From the NCBI RefSeq assembly GCF_006345805.1, contig NC_043005.1, forward strand, positions 25,544,001 to 25,608,000: a DNA stretch of 64,000 nucleotides, written 5' to 3'. Shown here one piece after another: positions 51,790 through 64,000 of the stretch; the stretch's first letter is position 1, and the number at the start of each line of letters is the position of its first letter. The stretch is from Octopus sinensis. Its lineage: Eukaryota. Made by a program: the position numbers and the translations under genes. The notes under the pieces are model-generated. The model worked only from the letters and a program-made list of their open reading frames with translations, did not search any database and was not told the origin of the DNA.

Positions 51790-52165
51790 TTTGCAATCCT
51801 AAATAATAATACAGCAGATAAGATTACCCATATTGGATTATGTGAAGGTGAACATAAAAAATCGCTATGCTAATCACATAGTCTCCTTCCGAAACACCGA
51901 CAAATGTAAACTTAGTAAGTTGGCTAGCTACGAATGGACTTAGAACGATAACGAAGCACCGCATGTAATATAATGGAATATAATTGAGAAACCCATACCT
52001 TATCTGAATGGATCGAATAAATGTACGCTTTGTGTAGCTGAAATAGCACAGTTCCTATTCATACTAAATCTCTACTAAACTCCAGGTGGGGAATTTTCAG
52101 CGGTTGCAAGCATACGTATAAATATATCTTGAAGAATTGGAAAATTCCGCCTATCCCTGACTAAG
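51790..52165 (+). mobile_element. Penelope-like GIY-YIG C-terminal remnant
   Basis: THIGLCEG..RYANHIVSFRN..LASYEW..WNII..PYLNGSNKCTLCVAE..LLNSR..CKH. Confidence 0.8.
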
Positions 52166-52432
52166 TTGATATATTTCCAGCCTATTAAGAGCTAAGTAGA
52201 ATAGTTTTTTTTCTTTTTTACCTTTTTAAATTTTACATTTTACTTTTGTATTTTCGTTCTCCGTTTTTCGTTTTCCGTTTTCTACTTTCTGCTATTTCTA
52301 TATGCTGCCTTCTCAGTGTTCTCTCTTTTTTCTCTATTAGTCAATTTTTAAAAATCTTTATGATAAGCAGTTTGCGCCTGAAGAATATGTTTGAGTACTT
52401 CTCAACATATATAACTATTAGTAGCGCTTAAA

Positions 52433-53975
52433 TACATTTTTATTTATTTTATTTTATTTTATCTAGTTTCAGCTCACGAGCTGTGGCCATGCTGGGGCAC
52501 CGCCATTTGGTGTTTTTACATAATTTTACTTCACGAATGCTTTTTAGCAATTGCCATTTGGTGCATGAGAGAGTTCGATGCAGCTGCCCTCATCTGCACC
52601 TCCTGCCGTGAAGTTGGTTCATCTAGGACACCTGATAGGAAGAGATTCAGGTTATTTTAAAAACATCTGCGTCCACCCCATGCAGGTCACTCAGGTTCTT
52701 CGGGAGGATATTGAAGAGCTGTGGGCCTCTGAAGCCCAGGCTTTCACAGTATCTTGTCCTACATCTTGATGTTTGGAGTCCTTGGCACTATGCAGTGGCG
52801 CCCAGTTCTAGCATTTGTGTAACTCTCGATGCCAAAGATTAGGACAAGTCCTTCTAGGATCTTCCAGATGTATATCATGGCATATCTTTCTCGCCTACGC
52901 TTTAAGGAATAGAGTCGTAATCTCTTGAGTCTTTTCCAGTAGCTTATATGCTGCACAGAGGCTATCTTCTTCGTGTAGCTTCGTTGGATCGCCTCAAGTT
53001 CTGTGATTAACTTGACACTGGATGGTGACCATAGCTGAGAGCAATAGTCAAAGTGGCTTAGGATAAGTGTCCTCCAGAAGACCATCATGGTTTCCTGGTC
53101 TCTTGTTCTAAAGGTTCTAAGAATCCATCCGGTCAGCCACCTACATTCCATTGCCAATTTAGCAACATGCACATAAAAGGTTGCATCATCACTCATGTAA
53201 ATACCCAGGTCTCACACTGATTGCCACTCTGGGATTGCAATCCCTCCATGACCCGTGTATTCATTGGGTATTGCATTTAGTTTTGCATGCTGATAGCATA
53301 AAGCTTGAAACTTTTCAGCATTGAACTGCATGCTATTCTTTTCAGCCCACTTGTATATTTTGTTCAGGTGCATAGAGTCTTCAGGGTTCTGTATTGCCTG
53401 TGAAACTTTTGTATCATCTGCATAACTTGTGATCGTGGCTCTCTGCGTGGCTGAGGGCATATCTGAGAGGGCCATTATGAACAGTAGTGGTCCCAAAACA
53501 GTGCCCTGCGGAACACCGCTCACTATTTGCGTGTTATTGGAGGTGGCCCCATTGGCTACTACCACCTGACTTCTATCCATCAGAAAGTCATGAAGACATT
53601 CTCCCAATTTTCCAACTATGCCAAGATCACGCAGTCTGTGACATATCATTCCATGATCGACTTTATCAAAGGCCTTTGCAAAGTCGAGATATATGACTTC
53701 CACATTTGAGTGGTTGAGCAGTAGTTTCAGCACCCAGTCATAGTGTTGTAGGAGCTGAGTTAAGCAGCTTCTTCCTGGTCGGAAACTATGTTGGGTGTCA
53801 GGCAGCAAGTCATTTTCCTCAAGGAAGGTGATTAGTTTCCTTCTGACTATTCATTCCATGACCTTGCTGATGTGTGAAGTCAGAGAGATAGGTCTGTAGT
53901 TCTTGGTCTCCGCTCTGCTACCTCCTTTATGAACAGAGCATATTTTACCTTCCTTCAATTTTCTTGCAAGTTTGC
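52433..53975 (-). mobile_element. CR1/L2-group LINE, second copy, tail-to-tail with the first
   Basis: ORFs 53212-53808 and 52759-53196 with a frameshift; KNYRPISLT..KVME, SGVPQGTVLGPLLF, YADD; tail (AAAAT)n. Confidence 0.93.
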
Positions 53976-54028
53976 CATATACTGTCCCATTTAAATAAAT
54001 AAATAATATATATATATGAATATATATA

Positions 54029-54089
54029 AACTCACAACCTCGCGATCATATGCTCGCCGCTCTAACCACGAAGCTATGCGCCTTCACGT

Positions 54090-54090
<1 letters not shown>
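54029..54090 (-). mobile_element. Inverted copy of the first ~60 bp of the SINE-4 at 55822, with its upstream (GT)n flank
   Basis: 54029-54135 matches the reverse complement of about 55781-55879. Confidence 0.85.
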
Positions 54091-54125
<35 letters not shown>

Positions 54126-54147
54126 CACACATATATATAATATATAA

Positions 54148-54186
54148 TCATCCATCCATACGCAATCTAACTTACGTACCTTTCTT

Positions 54187-54217
<31 letters not shown>

Positions 54218-54353
54218 CTCCATATCTGGAAGCAGGAAAATAAAAATTGAACTCAAAACTTTAGTAAAGATGTTTAAGTATTAATCAGCAGAAGCTACAG
54301 AGTGACTCAAGGGCCGAAAGTTTTGCGCATTTGTTTATATATATATATATGCG

Positions 54354-54428
<75 letters not shown>

Positions 54429-54863
54429 GTGTGTGTGTGTGTGTGTTGCCAATGCAGATCACATCAACCTTCTGAGAAATTTATTTATTTTTACTTGTCG
54501 GAAGCAATGCAGTCAATCAAACATTATTCGTTATTTAATAAGTGTAGATATTGATTAGAGGGGAGAGATATGATATATAACTCCTGTAGATAATTTAGTA
54601 CGGTCAGCTGGTTAATAAGAATTTTAATTAGGATAGATTATACATAATATTATTCCTAAGGTATAATTCTATTTAATATTTCACGTCGATGAAATAATTA
54701 GAAAACTAAATGTTCAAAAGCCATTTCGATTGACTGCTCGAGTTTTTGAGAATGTCCCTCGGGGCTCTAATAGACTGAGCGTCAATTATCCTCGGGGAAT
54801 GGCTTTAGTACCGTTTTGCGATGTCATGACTTGAAGATCTATCAAGTTTAAGGAAGATGCAAC
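54148..54863 (+). repeat. Direct duplication, copy 1 of ~720-bp segment X
   Basis: Near-identical to 56458-57193 apart from microsatellite lengths and scattered substitutions. Confidence 0.95.
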
Positions 54864-55139
54864 GTATATAATTTCTACTGATAGGATATTGTGTTAATGA
54901 ATTTTAATTTTGAATTGACGATTGTATATCTTCATTTTCGGTATATTTTTGTGATATGTTATGATACTTTCTATCAGTTGTGAAAAGCTGTGTGTTATTT
55001 TCTATATGGCAGTGTTTGTGTAAAGTATGTACCTAAGGCGTCACTCGCGTACGAGTACTATATGCTAGCATATACCACACTTTTGGAAATTGATTTAGGG
55101 GCCTATGTAGTTGTGACAAGAGATAGACACCCTCTCGGC

Positions 55140-55290
55140 CTACCCACCATTTCTATGAGTGGGCAGGTGTTTTCTACTGTAGTCTCGGGCCGACCAAAGG
55201 CTTACGAGTGTGTTTGGTAGACATAAACTGAAAGAAGTCCGTCGTTTATATATATAAATATATGTATATATATATATATATATATGTGTG

Positions 55291-55362
<72 letters not shown>

Positions 55363-55625
55363 ATGTGTGTATATGTATGTATGTGTATGTATGTAAATGT
55401 ACATATGTTTGTATGTTTGTATGAGTGTGTTTGTCGCCCTAACATCGCTTGACTACCGATATTGGTGTGTTTACGCCCCGGTAACTTTGCGGTTTGGCTA
55501 ACAAGACCGATATAATAAGTACTAGGCTTATAAAGAATAAGTCCTGAGGTTGAATTGCTCGACTAAAGGTGGTACTCCAGCATGGCCGCAATCAAATGAC
55601 TGAAACAAGGAAAAGAGAAAAAGAA
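55140..55625 (+). mobile_element. SINE-1, 5'-damaged, with expanded internal microsatellite
   Basis: gtctcgggccgaccaaagg..cgactaaaggtggtactccagcatggccgcaatcaaatgactgaaac. Confidence 0.85.
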
Positions 55626-55821
55626 AAAAAGAGCAGCATATTTGACAGCTGAATGATGTGGGAAATGAAGCGCCACCTGGTGCACATTAAGTACTCAAAT
55701 GACATATATGTATACATAGTGTTGTATATATAGATATATGTATATATATATATCTATATATATATATATATATATAAATATATATATGTGTGTGCGTGTG
55801 TGTGTGTGTGTGTGTGTAATG

Positions 55822-56095
55822 TGAAGGCGCATAGCTTCGTGGTTAGAGCGTCGAGCATATGATCGCGAGGTTGTGAGTTCGATTCCTGGAGCGGGCTGCG
55901 TGTTGTGTTCTTGAGCAAGACACTGCAATTCACGTTGCTCCAGTTCACTCAACTCTAGAAATTGAGTTGCGATGTGACTGGTGCCATGCTGCATCGGGAC
56001 CATTGCCTTTGCCTCGGATAACATCGGGGTGAGGGTGGGGAGGGTGGTATGCATGGGCAACTGCTGGTCTCCCCTAAAAACAACTCGAGGTTGTG
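55822..56095 (+). mobile_element. tRNA-derived SINE-4
   Basis: A box TAGCTTCGTGG, B box GAGTTCGATTCC, body gtgttcttgagcaagacact..gttgctccagttcactca. Confidence 0.85.
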
Positions 56096-56457
56096 CGTTA
56101 TATATATATATATATATATACGTATATTATCCAAACTCTATCCACCTATCCCCACAGAACTCTGAAGAGATGGAGCTAGCATGGAGAATATCGTGACATC
56201 ATGGCAGAAACAGCCGTAAGGAACTGATCTTGTAATCTTTTACTTTTTTATGTATTACTATTATTACTATTACTAGTATACATTTGTGTAGCCAACAGTC
56301 TTTGCATGTGTATCTATTCTTATAATACTCCCTTTTGCTTGGGAATAAATAAACATGATAGAATGTCTACCGGCTGTTGTATGTCATCCCCTCTATTTTC
56401 TTTTTGCCGTATATATATATATATATATATAATATATATATACATACATGCACTTAC

Positions 56458-56651
56458 TCATCCATCAATACGCAATCTAACTTACGTACCTTTCTTTCCC
56501 TCTCTGTCTCTCTCTCTCCCTCTCTCTCTCTCTCTCTCCATATATGGAAGCAGGAAAATAAAAATTGAACTCAAAACTTTAGTAAAGATGTTTAAGTATT
56601 AATCAGCAGAAGCTACAGAGTGACTCAAGGGCCGAAAGTTTTGCGCATTTG

Positions 56652-56706
<55 letters not shown>

Positions 56707-57193
56707 TGTGCGTGCGTGTGTGTGTGTGTGTGTGGTGTGTGTGTGTGTGGTGTGTGTGTGTGGTGTGTGTGTGTGTTGCCAATGCAGATCACATCAACCT
56801 TCTGAGAAATTTATTTATTTTTACTTGTCGGAAGCAATGCAGTCAATCAAACAGTATTCGTTATATAATAAGTGTAGATATTGATTAGAGGGGAGAGATA
56901 TGATATATAACTCCTGTAGATAATTTAGTACGGTCAGCTGGTTAATAAGAATTTTAATTAGGATAGATTATACATAATATTATTCCTAAGGTATAATTCT
57001 ATTTAATATTTCACGTCGATGAAATAATTAGAAAGCTAAATGTTCAAAAGCCATTTCGATTGACTGCTCGAGTTTTTGAGAATGTCCCTCGGGGCTCTAA
57101 TAAACTGAGCGTCAATTATCCTCGGGGAATGGCTTTAGTACCGTTTTGCGATCTCATGACTTGAAGATCTATCAAGTTTAAGGAAGAAGCAAC
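56458..57193 (+). repeat. Direct duplication, copy 2 of segment X
   Basis: See 54148-54863. Confidence 0.95.
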
Positions 57194-57688
57194 CAATTTC
57201 AGTCATTTTATAAGGATACTAATACAAACACTCTATTTACTCTGTTCAACGAGAATGGTTCTCTGTATTTAATTAGATTTCTTCAATTACAATGAAAGAG
57301 TTTCTATATTTTGCCAGCAGTCATGTGATAGAGACAGAAAAAGGTGCGAGTGAAAGAAAGAGAAAAACAGTAGTAGTGGTAGAGGTGGTGGGGTGATGGT
57401 GGTGATGGTGGTAAAAGTTGTCAAAGCTGTTACCAGCTGTTAGTTGCAACTTCATTTCAATCCCAATATAGAATTCCTTTTTAAGCAGAGAATACAAATA
57501 ACCCTACGTAATTAATGTAATGTGATGGATACCATGGTTGCATTCCAAGATCGAGTCCCAGCCAAAGCAAACGTTAATTTTTGCTGGCAGCTGTTTTAGT
57601 AGGGCAGGAATTAATTGATTGGAATAAATAAGAGTAACTTTAGGTTATTCATGAAAGTATTAATGAGCGATGCTTAATGACTTATAGT

Positions 57689-58075
57689 AGGTAGAAGCAC
57701 TCCATCGGTTACGACGATGAGGGTCCCAGCGGATACGATCAACGGAACAGCTTGCACGTGGAATTAACGTGCAAGTGGCTGAGCATTCCACAGACACGTG
57801 TACCCTTAACGTAGTTCTCGAGGAGATTCAACGTGACACAGAGTGTGACAAGGCTGGCCCCTTTGAAATACAGGTACAACAGAAACAGGAAAAAAGAGTG
57901 AGAGAAAGTTGTGGTGAAAGAGTACGCAGGGTTCACCACCACCCCCTGCAGGAGCCTCGTAGAGATTATAGGTGTTTTCGCTCAATAAACACTCACAATG
58001 CCCGGTCTGGGAATCGAAACCGCGATCCTACGACCGCGAATCCACTGCCCTAACCACTGGGCCATTGCGCTCCTC
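57689..58075 (-). mobile_element. SINE-3, full length, with 14-bp TSD
   Basis: TSD taatgacttata(g/a)t at 57675-57688 and 58076-58089. Confidence 0.92.
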
Positions 58076-58201
58076 TAATGACTTATAATGCAGAACAACT
58101 CAAAGGAACCTAATTGTCATGTGTTTATGTTTGTGTTATTGAAACAAATTTGATCAATGAATACCAGATATACCAAATAAGGAATAAATTAATTGCCTAT
58201 T

Positions 58202-58232
<31 letters not shown>

Positions 58233-58996
58233 GATATATATATATAGATATATATATATATATATATAGGTGTAAAAATGTTGAATTAGATTCGTCCTTT
58301 AATTTGGAGGTTTCCAAAAACGATTTCTTATATTGATTCTTCACAATTTACAGGCGTAAATTGGCGAATATGAATATAATACTTGTGTATGATGTGTTGT
58401 GAGTTTATGGATAAAAATCCCACAAAACACAACAATTTTCTTAAAAAGGGAGAAGAGAAGATGTTAAACTATATAAGACAATTTTAATTCATGCAGACGA
58501 TCGTGTCGTACAGAGATATAAAAACCATGCAAATTCATGGTTGAAATATATTAATTAAATTAAGTGAATTAATTACATATCAATGCACTCATCAGTGCAA
58601 GAAGTATAAGCAAAATTTTTACGAAGGACTTGAGAAAGGAAATAGAAGAGAATCTAGGAGATCCATATTTATCCTTATGCGAAAAAATATATATATTCAA
58701 CCACATATGCTTAACGCATATGACTGGTGTATTTACCGTAGGCTGATGTTGGACTGGTAAAGGATACCCTCTCAAAACGGTGGATGTATAAACACCCTAA
58801 ATTCATGGACAGGCTAAGTAACTCACCCTCAATCCCATCAAGGTGTGATGGACATCGATGTGTCGTCATTTTTGTGGCTGCTCAATATCACGTAGCCGAC
58901 CAAGAGAAGAGATAAATCATTTTGCTAGTCTACAACATGTATGCTCATGCTGCTCAAATCATGTGCAGACATATGGTCAAGCCCGGCCAATGCATA

Positions 58997-60290
58997 CGAG
59001 GGGCGTTCAATACGTAATGCCCCTGACCCACTTCCCACAGAAGTAGAGCAACGAAACTTGGCACAGTTATTAGTCTTTTTCCACATAGGAACCACCCAGA
59101 GTTACGCATTTCTCCCATCGTTTGATGCAGCTCTGGAGACCGTTTTTGTAGTAGACCCCAGCTTGGTCCTCCAGCCATGACGTAACTTCAGAAATCAAGG
59201 CTGCATCATCTGGGAAACGCTTTCCTTTCAAAAACAACTTCATGGCTGGGAAGAGGTGAAAATCAGAAGGTGCAAGGTCAGGAGAGTAGGGGGGATGGGG
59301 GAGGAGTTCATAGCCATACGCCTGTGCTTCTGATCTGGCGACAAGCGAGTTGTGGACCGGATCGTTTTCCGCAGGAGGAGGATGCCTTTGCTGATCTTGC
59401 CCCGTCTCTTGATTTTGAAAGCTTCTCTTAATTTCCTCAAAAGTGAAGCATAATAGGCTCCTGTAATTGTGGTACCCTTTGCCAGGAAATCTGTCATCAC
59501 TACTCCGTCCTGGTCCCAGAAGACTGTGAGCATGACCATGCCAGCGGAGGGCTGCACCCTTGCCTTCTTTGGAGGAGGTGAGTCACGGTGCTTCCACTTC
59601 ATTGACTGGGCTTTGGTCTCTGGATCATAGTGATGGACCCAGGTTTCATCCTGTGTAATCAGTCTTTTGAAAAATTTTGACTCATCTTCTTGGCACATCT
59701 CCAAATTCATCCTCGAGCACACGACGCGTTCTTACTTCTGGAAAGGTGTGAGCTACCTGGGAATCCATCTGGCAGACACCTTGCATATGCAAATGGTCAT
59801 GAATGATAGTTTCCACAGACCCGGTACTAATCTTGACCTCATGGGCTATTTGGCGAATAGTTATGCGTCGATCTTCCAAAATGACAGCCTCAACTTGACG
59901 GACAGATGCCTCATCAATGGCAGAAGTGGGATCTGGGACCAGATCTGGGAGCTGTTTCCACAGAGTTCCGACCATGTTTGAATTCACGATGCCAGCGTTT
60001 TACAAGGTCATATGATGGGGTATCATCACCATAAGTTACTTTCATTTCATCAAAAGTTTCCCGTGGTGTGCGTCCTTTCAAATACAAAAACCGGATCACT
60101 GCTCGAAACTCAACAGGCTCCATTTCACACTTGACTCAGTTCAAACACCTGTAAATCAGAAACCACGAATAGTTCAGAGCTGTAATTTACCACTTAATTT
60201 ATAGAGATATAAATAACTGCACATTCAAAATCTCAACTGTATCGAACAACTGCAAGTGGGTCAGAGGCCTTACTTATTGAACGTCCCTCG
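58997..60290 (-). mobile_element. Full-length mariner (DD34D) transposon, 1294 bp, frameshifted transposase (about 59068-60123)
   Basis: TA on both sides; TIRs cgaggggcgttcaatacgtaatgcccctgaccc and cgagggacgttcaataagtaaggcctctgaccc; HTH N-terminus, W(I)PR, TQDETW, HPPYSPDLAPSDF motifs. Confidence 0.95.
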
Positions 60291-60417
60291 TACGTAAGGC
60301 TCAATTCAAAATTTGAAATATAAGCAGTACCAGTGTGTATGTGTGTACGTCTATATGTGTGTGCGCGCGTGCGTGTGTGCGCATATGTGTATGTGTATAT
60401 GCCGGCAAATATATATA

Positions 60418-60450
<33 letters not shown>

Positions 60451-60516
60451 AACTTTGATACTTTGATAGGTTTCGGCCATTATTGGCCCAGGCCATGTCT
60501 AACTTAATGGCACCAC

Positions 60517-60550
<34 letters not shown>

Positions 60551-61049
60551 ATATATATGAATATATGACTATATACATGTACATATATATATATATGTGA
60601 CCTACGCAGTTAGAATCGAAGACGGACCTTATGACTGCAAAGCCAACATCTTGCCTATTCGGTGCTACTCTTCCTACACACACACACACACACACATAAA
60701 CACACACTTATACACACGCCTGTACAAACACACACACCACACACACACACACACTTAAACACACCCATACACGTATAGACATGTACACAGACATTCACAC
60801 ACCGATATCTTCCATATATATGCTTACATACTTATATGCATACGTGTGTGAGATGTACGTGTTACACTGCGTGTGCTTGTGTGCGTAAGTTTGTGCGTGC
60901 ATGTGTGTGGTTGTATGTGTGCAGAGTCTTCTACATGATTTTGGTAAGAATTAATAAACCAATCAGTATCGATTAAATAATCGTCTTAATTTCTTCCAGT
61001 AATACATAAAAATCGATATGGATTAATTAATTATTTTGTATTTTCTAGA

Positions 61050-62600
61050 TTAATTCTTGAACAAAATTATTATTTTCACATCTTATTTTATATTAAATCA
61101 ACGAATATTATATTAATAACGATACGGCAAATAACACTTAATGAAAAATTAAACTAAGTTTCTTTAGTAAGAGATATTTATGGTGATTTCAGTTAGCTTT
61201 CTATGCTCTTTCTGAATATCAGTTAAAGACGAAGGTAAATGTTTTGCTCCACATATCTAATGCAAAGTTTGCAGTGATCGACTTTACTTGTGGTCCAGTA
61301 GCAAGCTGAGGTAAATGCCATTTGCCATTCCAATGATATGGCGAGAATAAAGCAACCATTCTACTGATCGTTACTTTTGTGTTACCAATATTGAGGGTTT
61401 CCATAAGAAAACTGCATGCAAAATATATCAAGTATCCTAATTTGTCATCTGTCATAAGACCACAGCCTATGAAAATGAAATTCCTCCTGTGCCAAGTAAT
61501 CAACCAGGGAGTTAGTCTGATGATTGTTCTGATGACAAAACTGAGTGTGAAAACCAAATAGATGACAAGGTTTTGAAATTTCTCATTCATGCCTTAATAT
61601 AAGTCAACAACAACTGGATCATTTCGTTTCAAAGTTGGGACTCCCGAAGTATGATACTTACCTTGCTTGAACGGTGCTCACAGAATTTGATCCCTTTGCC
61701 CAAGAAAGAAAAATAAAAGCGTACGGACATTGAGAAGAAATTTGCTGAAGTTTCCGCCACACATGATGAACTGGGTTTGGTTTATTGCAAGGTTATTTCT
61801 GGTTAGATGATAGCACTGAGAATTTCCTCTGGCGCCAAGATAGATTACTGGTTATTCTTTGATGGTAGTGTTTCCAGCTTAAAAGCAGTTTTTCATTTTG
61901 GGGGATGAGTTCTCGGGGATTCCAGCGGGTTATTCAAGGAAGGCAAAATATGATATCAAGATGTTACTTTCCTTGAACAGTTATGATTATCAAAAGTAGA
62001 AAGTTAGGAGCGATTTGAAGATCACAGGTTTTTAAGTCGGATGAAAAGGGCTACACGATTAACTGCGTCTTGTGCTTGTAGGAAAGCCGGGTTTGAAATA
62101 AGTGCTAGGGTTAGCAGGTCGGGTCAGGACGTCGTGAATGGAGTTCAGTGAATGAAAAAGCATTCAATACGTACCTCTACTTTTACCTGAGCTAATTGTG
62201 TTACTACCACTATATATCAGACCTGAAATTTCCAAACACTTAGTGAAGTTATTGGACGCCGAGGGGCAATCACTCAAATTGCTTAAAGATATCTTTCCTC
62301 GATTAAGCGAAACAAAGTTCAAAGAAGACATTGTTGTCAGACCAGACAATCGAAAACTGATGAAGAATCAGATGATCGGAGATTCCTTGAATGAATTTGA
62401 ACGACAAGCTTATGATACTGTGTTAAAAACAATTGAAAACTTTCTACGAAAATACTGGATTTCCTTTTGGAGTCATTCGATGAACAGATTATTAAAATGT
62501 CCTTGGAGATTCACTTTTTAAAAAGTCTCTCGGATTTCTTTCCTTTGGATTTGGGTAAGACCAGTAATCACAACTATTGAAACAAGTTAGCAAGGGCGAA
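61050..62600 (+). mobile_element. Decayed CMC-superfamily (Chapaev3-like) DNA transposase
   Basis: FAPHI*CKVC..MPFAIPMIWRE*SNH..D.YFC..YPNLSSVIRP; WLFFDGSVSSLKAV; SDLK; LLPLYIRP..LDAEG..FPRLSETK.KE; MSLEIHFL..DFFP; family name from motif recollection. Confidence 0.65.
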
Positions 62601-63659
62601 CCGATCCCCGCATAATGGCTTCACTCCTCTTGAACTCCATGTGTTTGAACTGATCTTGGCTGTGAAAGCAATGCTTTATTTTTCTAAGTTTATATTGTTA
62701 TTTTAACGTTGATTAATTGTAGTTTAAGTACGCTATTAATTTACATGCAATCTTCACAAGATTAGACATTTGTTTCTGTAAATGTTGTATAAGAGGGATA
62801 ACTTATAGATCAAAATATAGGCGTAACTTCATCAAAACGGATTTCATATTGATAAAGAGCACTCCAATATTAACTGATGTCAACTAAAGTAGAGTTTGCT
62901 ATAAAATTAGTGTCAGGCAGTGTAATGAATTTTTAATGCATTAACGTTTGTAAAAATGACCACTTATGGACCAAGTGGTTGTAATAACTTAGCCACAGAT
63001 TCAATACACTTTTCAAAACGACCACTTATTGACAGTTGTTATTTGTATTTATGACATCTGAAATTCTGTAATTCCCTTAGCTGAATCGGTTCCAATAGCC
63101 TCTTCTGCCATTTTGTGCATAAATGTTTAACCGAGTATCTGAAGCTTCAATAAAGGTTGTTTTTGATGGAGAAAGCAAGTGCACAATAGAAAAATGCTAG
63201 TTTTCCATAATAATATCATTATCACTCTAGTGGTTACAATTTGTATCCTGAATCTCAATATAGCAATTAGTTTGGTAGCTTTAACTCAATTAATGGTAAT
63301 AATCACGTGTTTTGTTTTTGTTCAGTTAATTTGATTGATTATATTATGTTAAATATTTATCCAAGTTAGTCTGGCGGTAGTCTCTGTTTTTTTTCTGATG
63401 TAGACATTGTCCATCAATTTCCTATGGAGATTGTTAATATAATTTGTAGCAGTCCAAATGTCTGTACAACTTTAGCAGAACTGGTTAACATATATTCTTT
63501 CACCAGTTTATTTTCTGGAACAGTAAAAATATGCAAGACTTTTCTCAGATTCAAAATATGATACAGTTTTGTTAGCTACATTCCAATGATGGAATTTTGT
63601 ACATTTGATAGAAACCAGCTCTTTCTTCAGAAGAAGAATTCAAATGATTAAAAACAGAA

Positions 63660-63955
63660 GAAAACATACGTGTATACATACATACATACATGCATATATA
63701 ATAAATCCTGAAATAAAACTGAAAAATGACATACATACATGCACACATACATACACACATACATTCTTGCATACATAAACACAGACATACATGCACACAT
63801 ACATACACACATACATACACACATACATACACACATATACATACATACATACATACACACATACATACACACATATACACACACATACATACATACATAC
63901 ATACATACATACATACATACATACATACATACATACATACATACATACATGTATG
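63660..63955. repeat. (TACA)n/(CA)n microsatellite
   Basis: Direct inspection. Confidence 0.95.
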
Positions 63956-64000
63956 AGCAAATGCCTCCGTGACAGTCCGGGAAAGCCAAGATTTCAGAAA

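Overview
AT-rich, microsatellite-saturated eukaryotic DNA with no intact host protein-coding gene that I can recognise; it reads as intronic or intergenic sequence built from nested transposon debris. The SINE heads and tails resemble the tRNA-derived SINE families I associate with octopus genomes (recollection, not a database result). Contents: (i) at least six R4/Dong-clade non-LTR retrotransposon pieces (RT + restriction-like endonuclease), the larger ones flanked by (TAA)n tracts; (ii) two copies of an unclassified ~560-bp element, also (TAA)n-flanked, each directly upstream of a Dong copy in the same orientation; (iii) three CR1/L2-group LINE RT pieces, whose 3' tail stem-loop is shared, with compensatory changes, with the commonest SINE; (iv) Penelope-like element (PLE) GIY-YIG remnants and three families of PLE-type ends with minimal hammerhead-ribozyme motifs, including a 350/350-bp perfect inverted repeat; (v) one full-length but frameshifted mariner, other Tc1/mariner/pogo remnants, a Chapaev-like transposase relic and a non-autonomous Helitron; (vi) about 25 tRNA-SINE copies or fragments in five families; (vii) a rearranged 50-58 kb block with direct and inverted duplications. 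Most long ORFs in the supplied track are microsatellite artefacts. SINE-1 to SINE-5 are my working labels. Boundaries of decayed elements are approximate (tens of bp).
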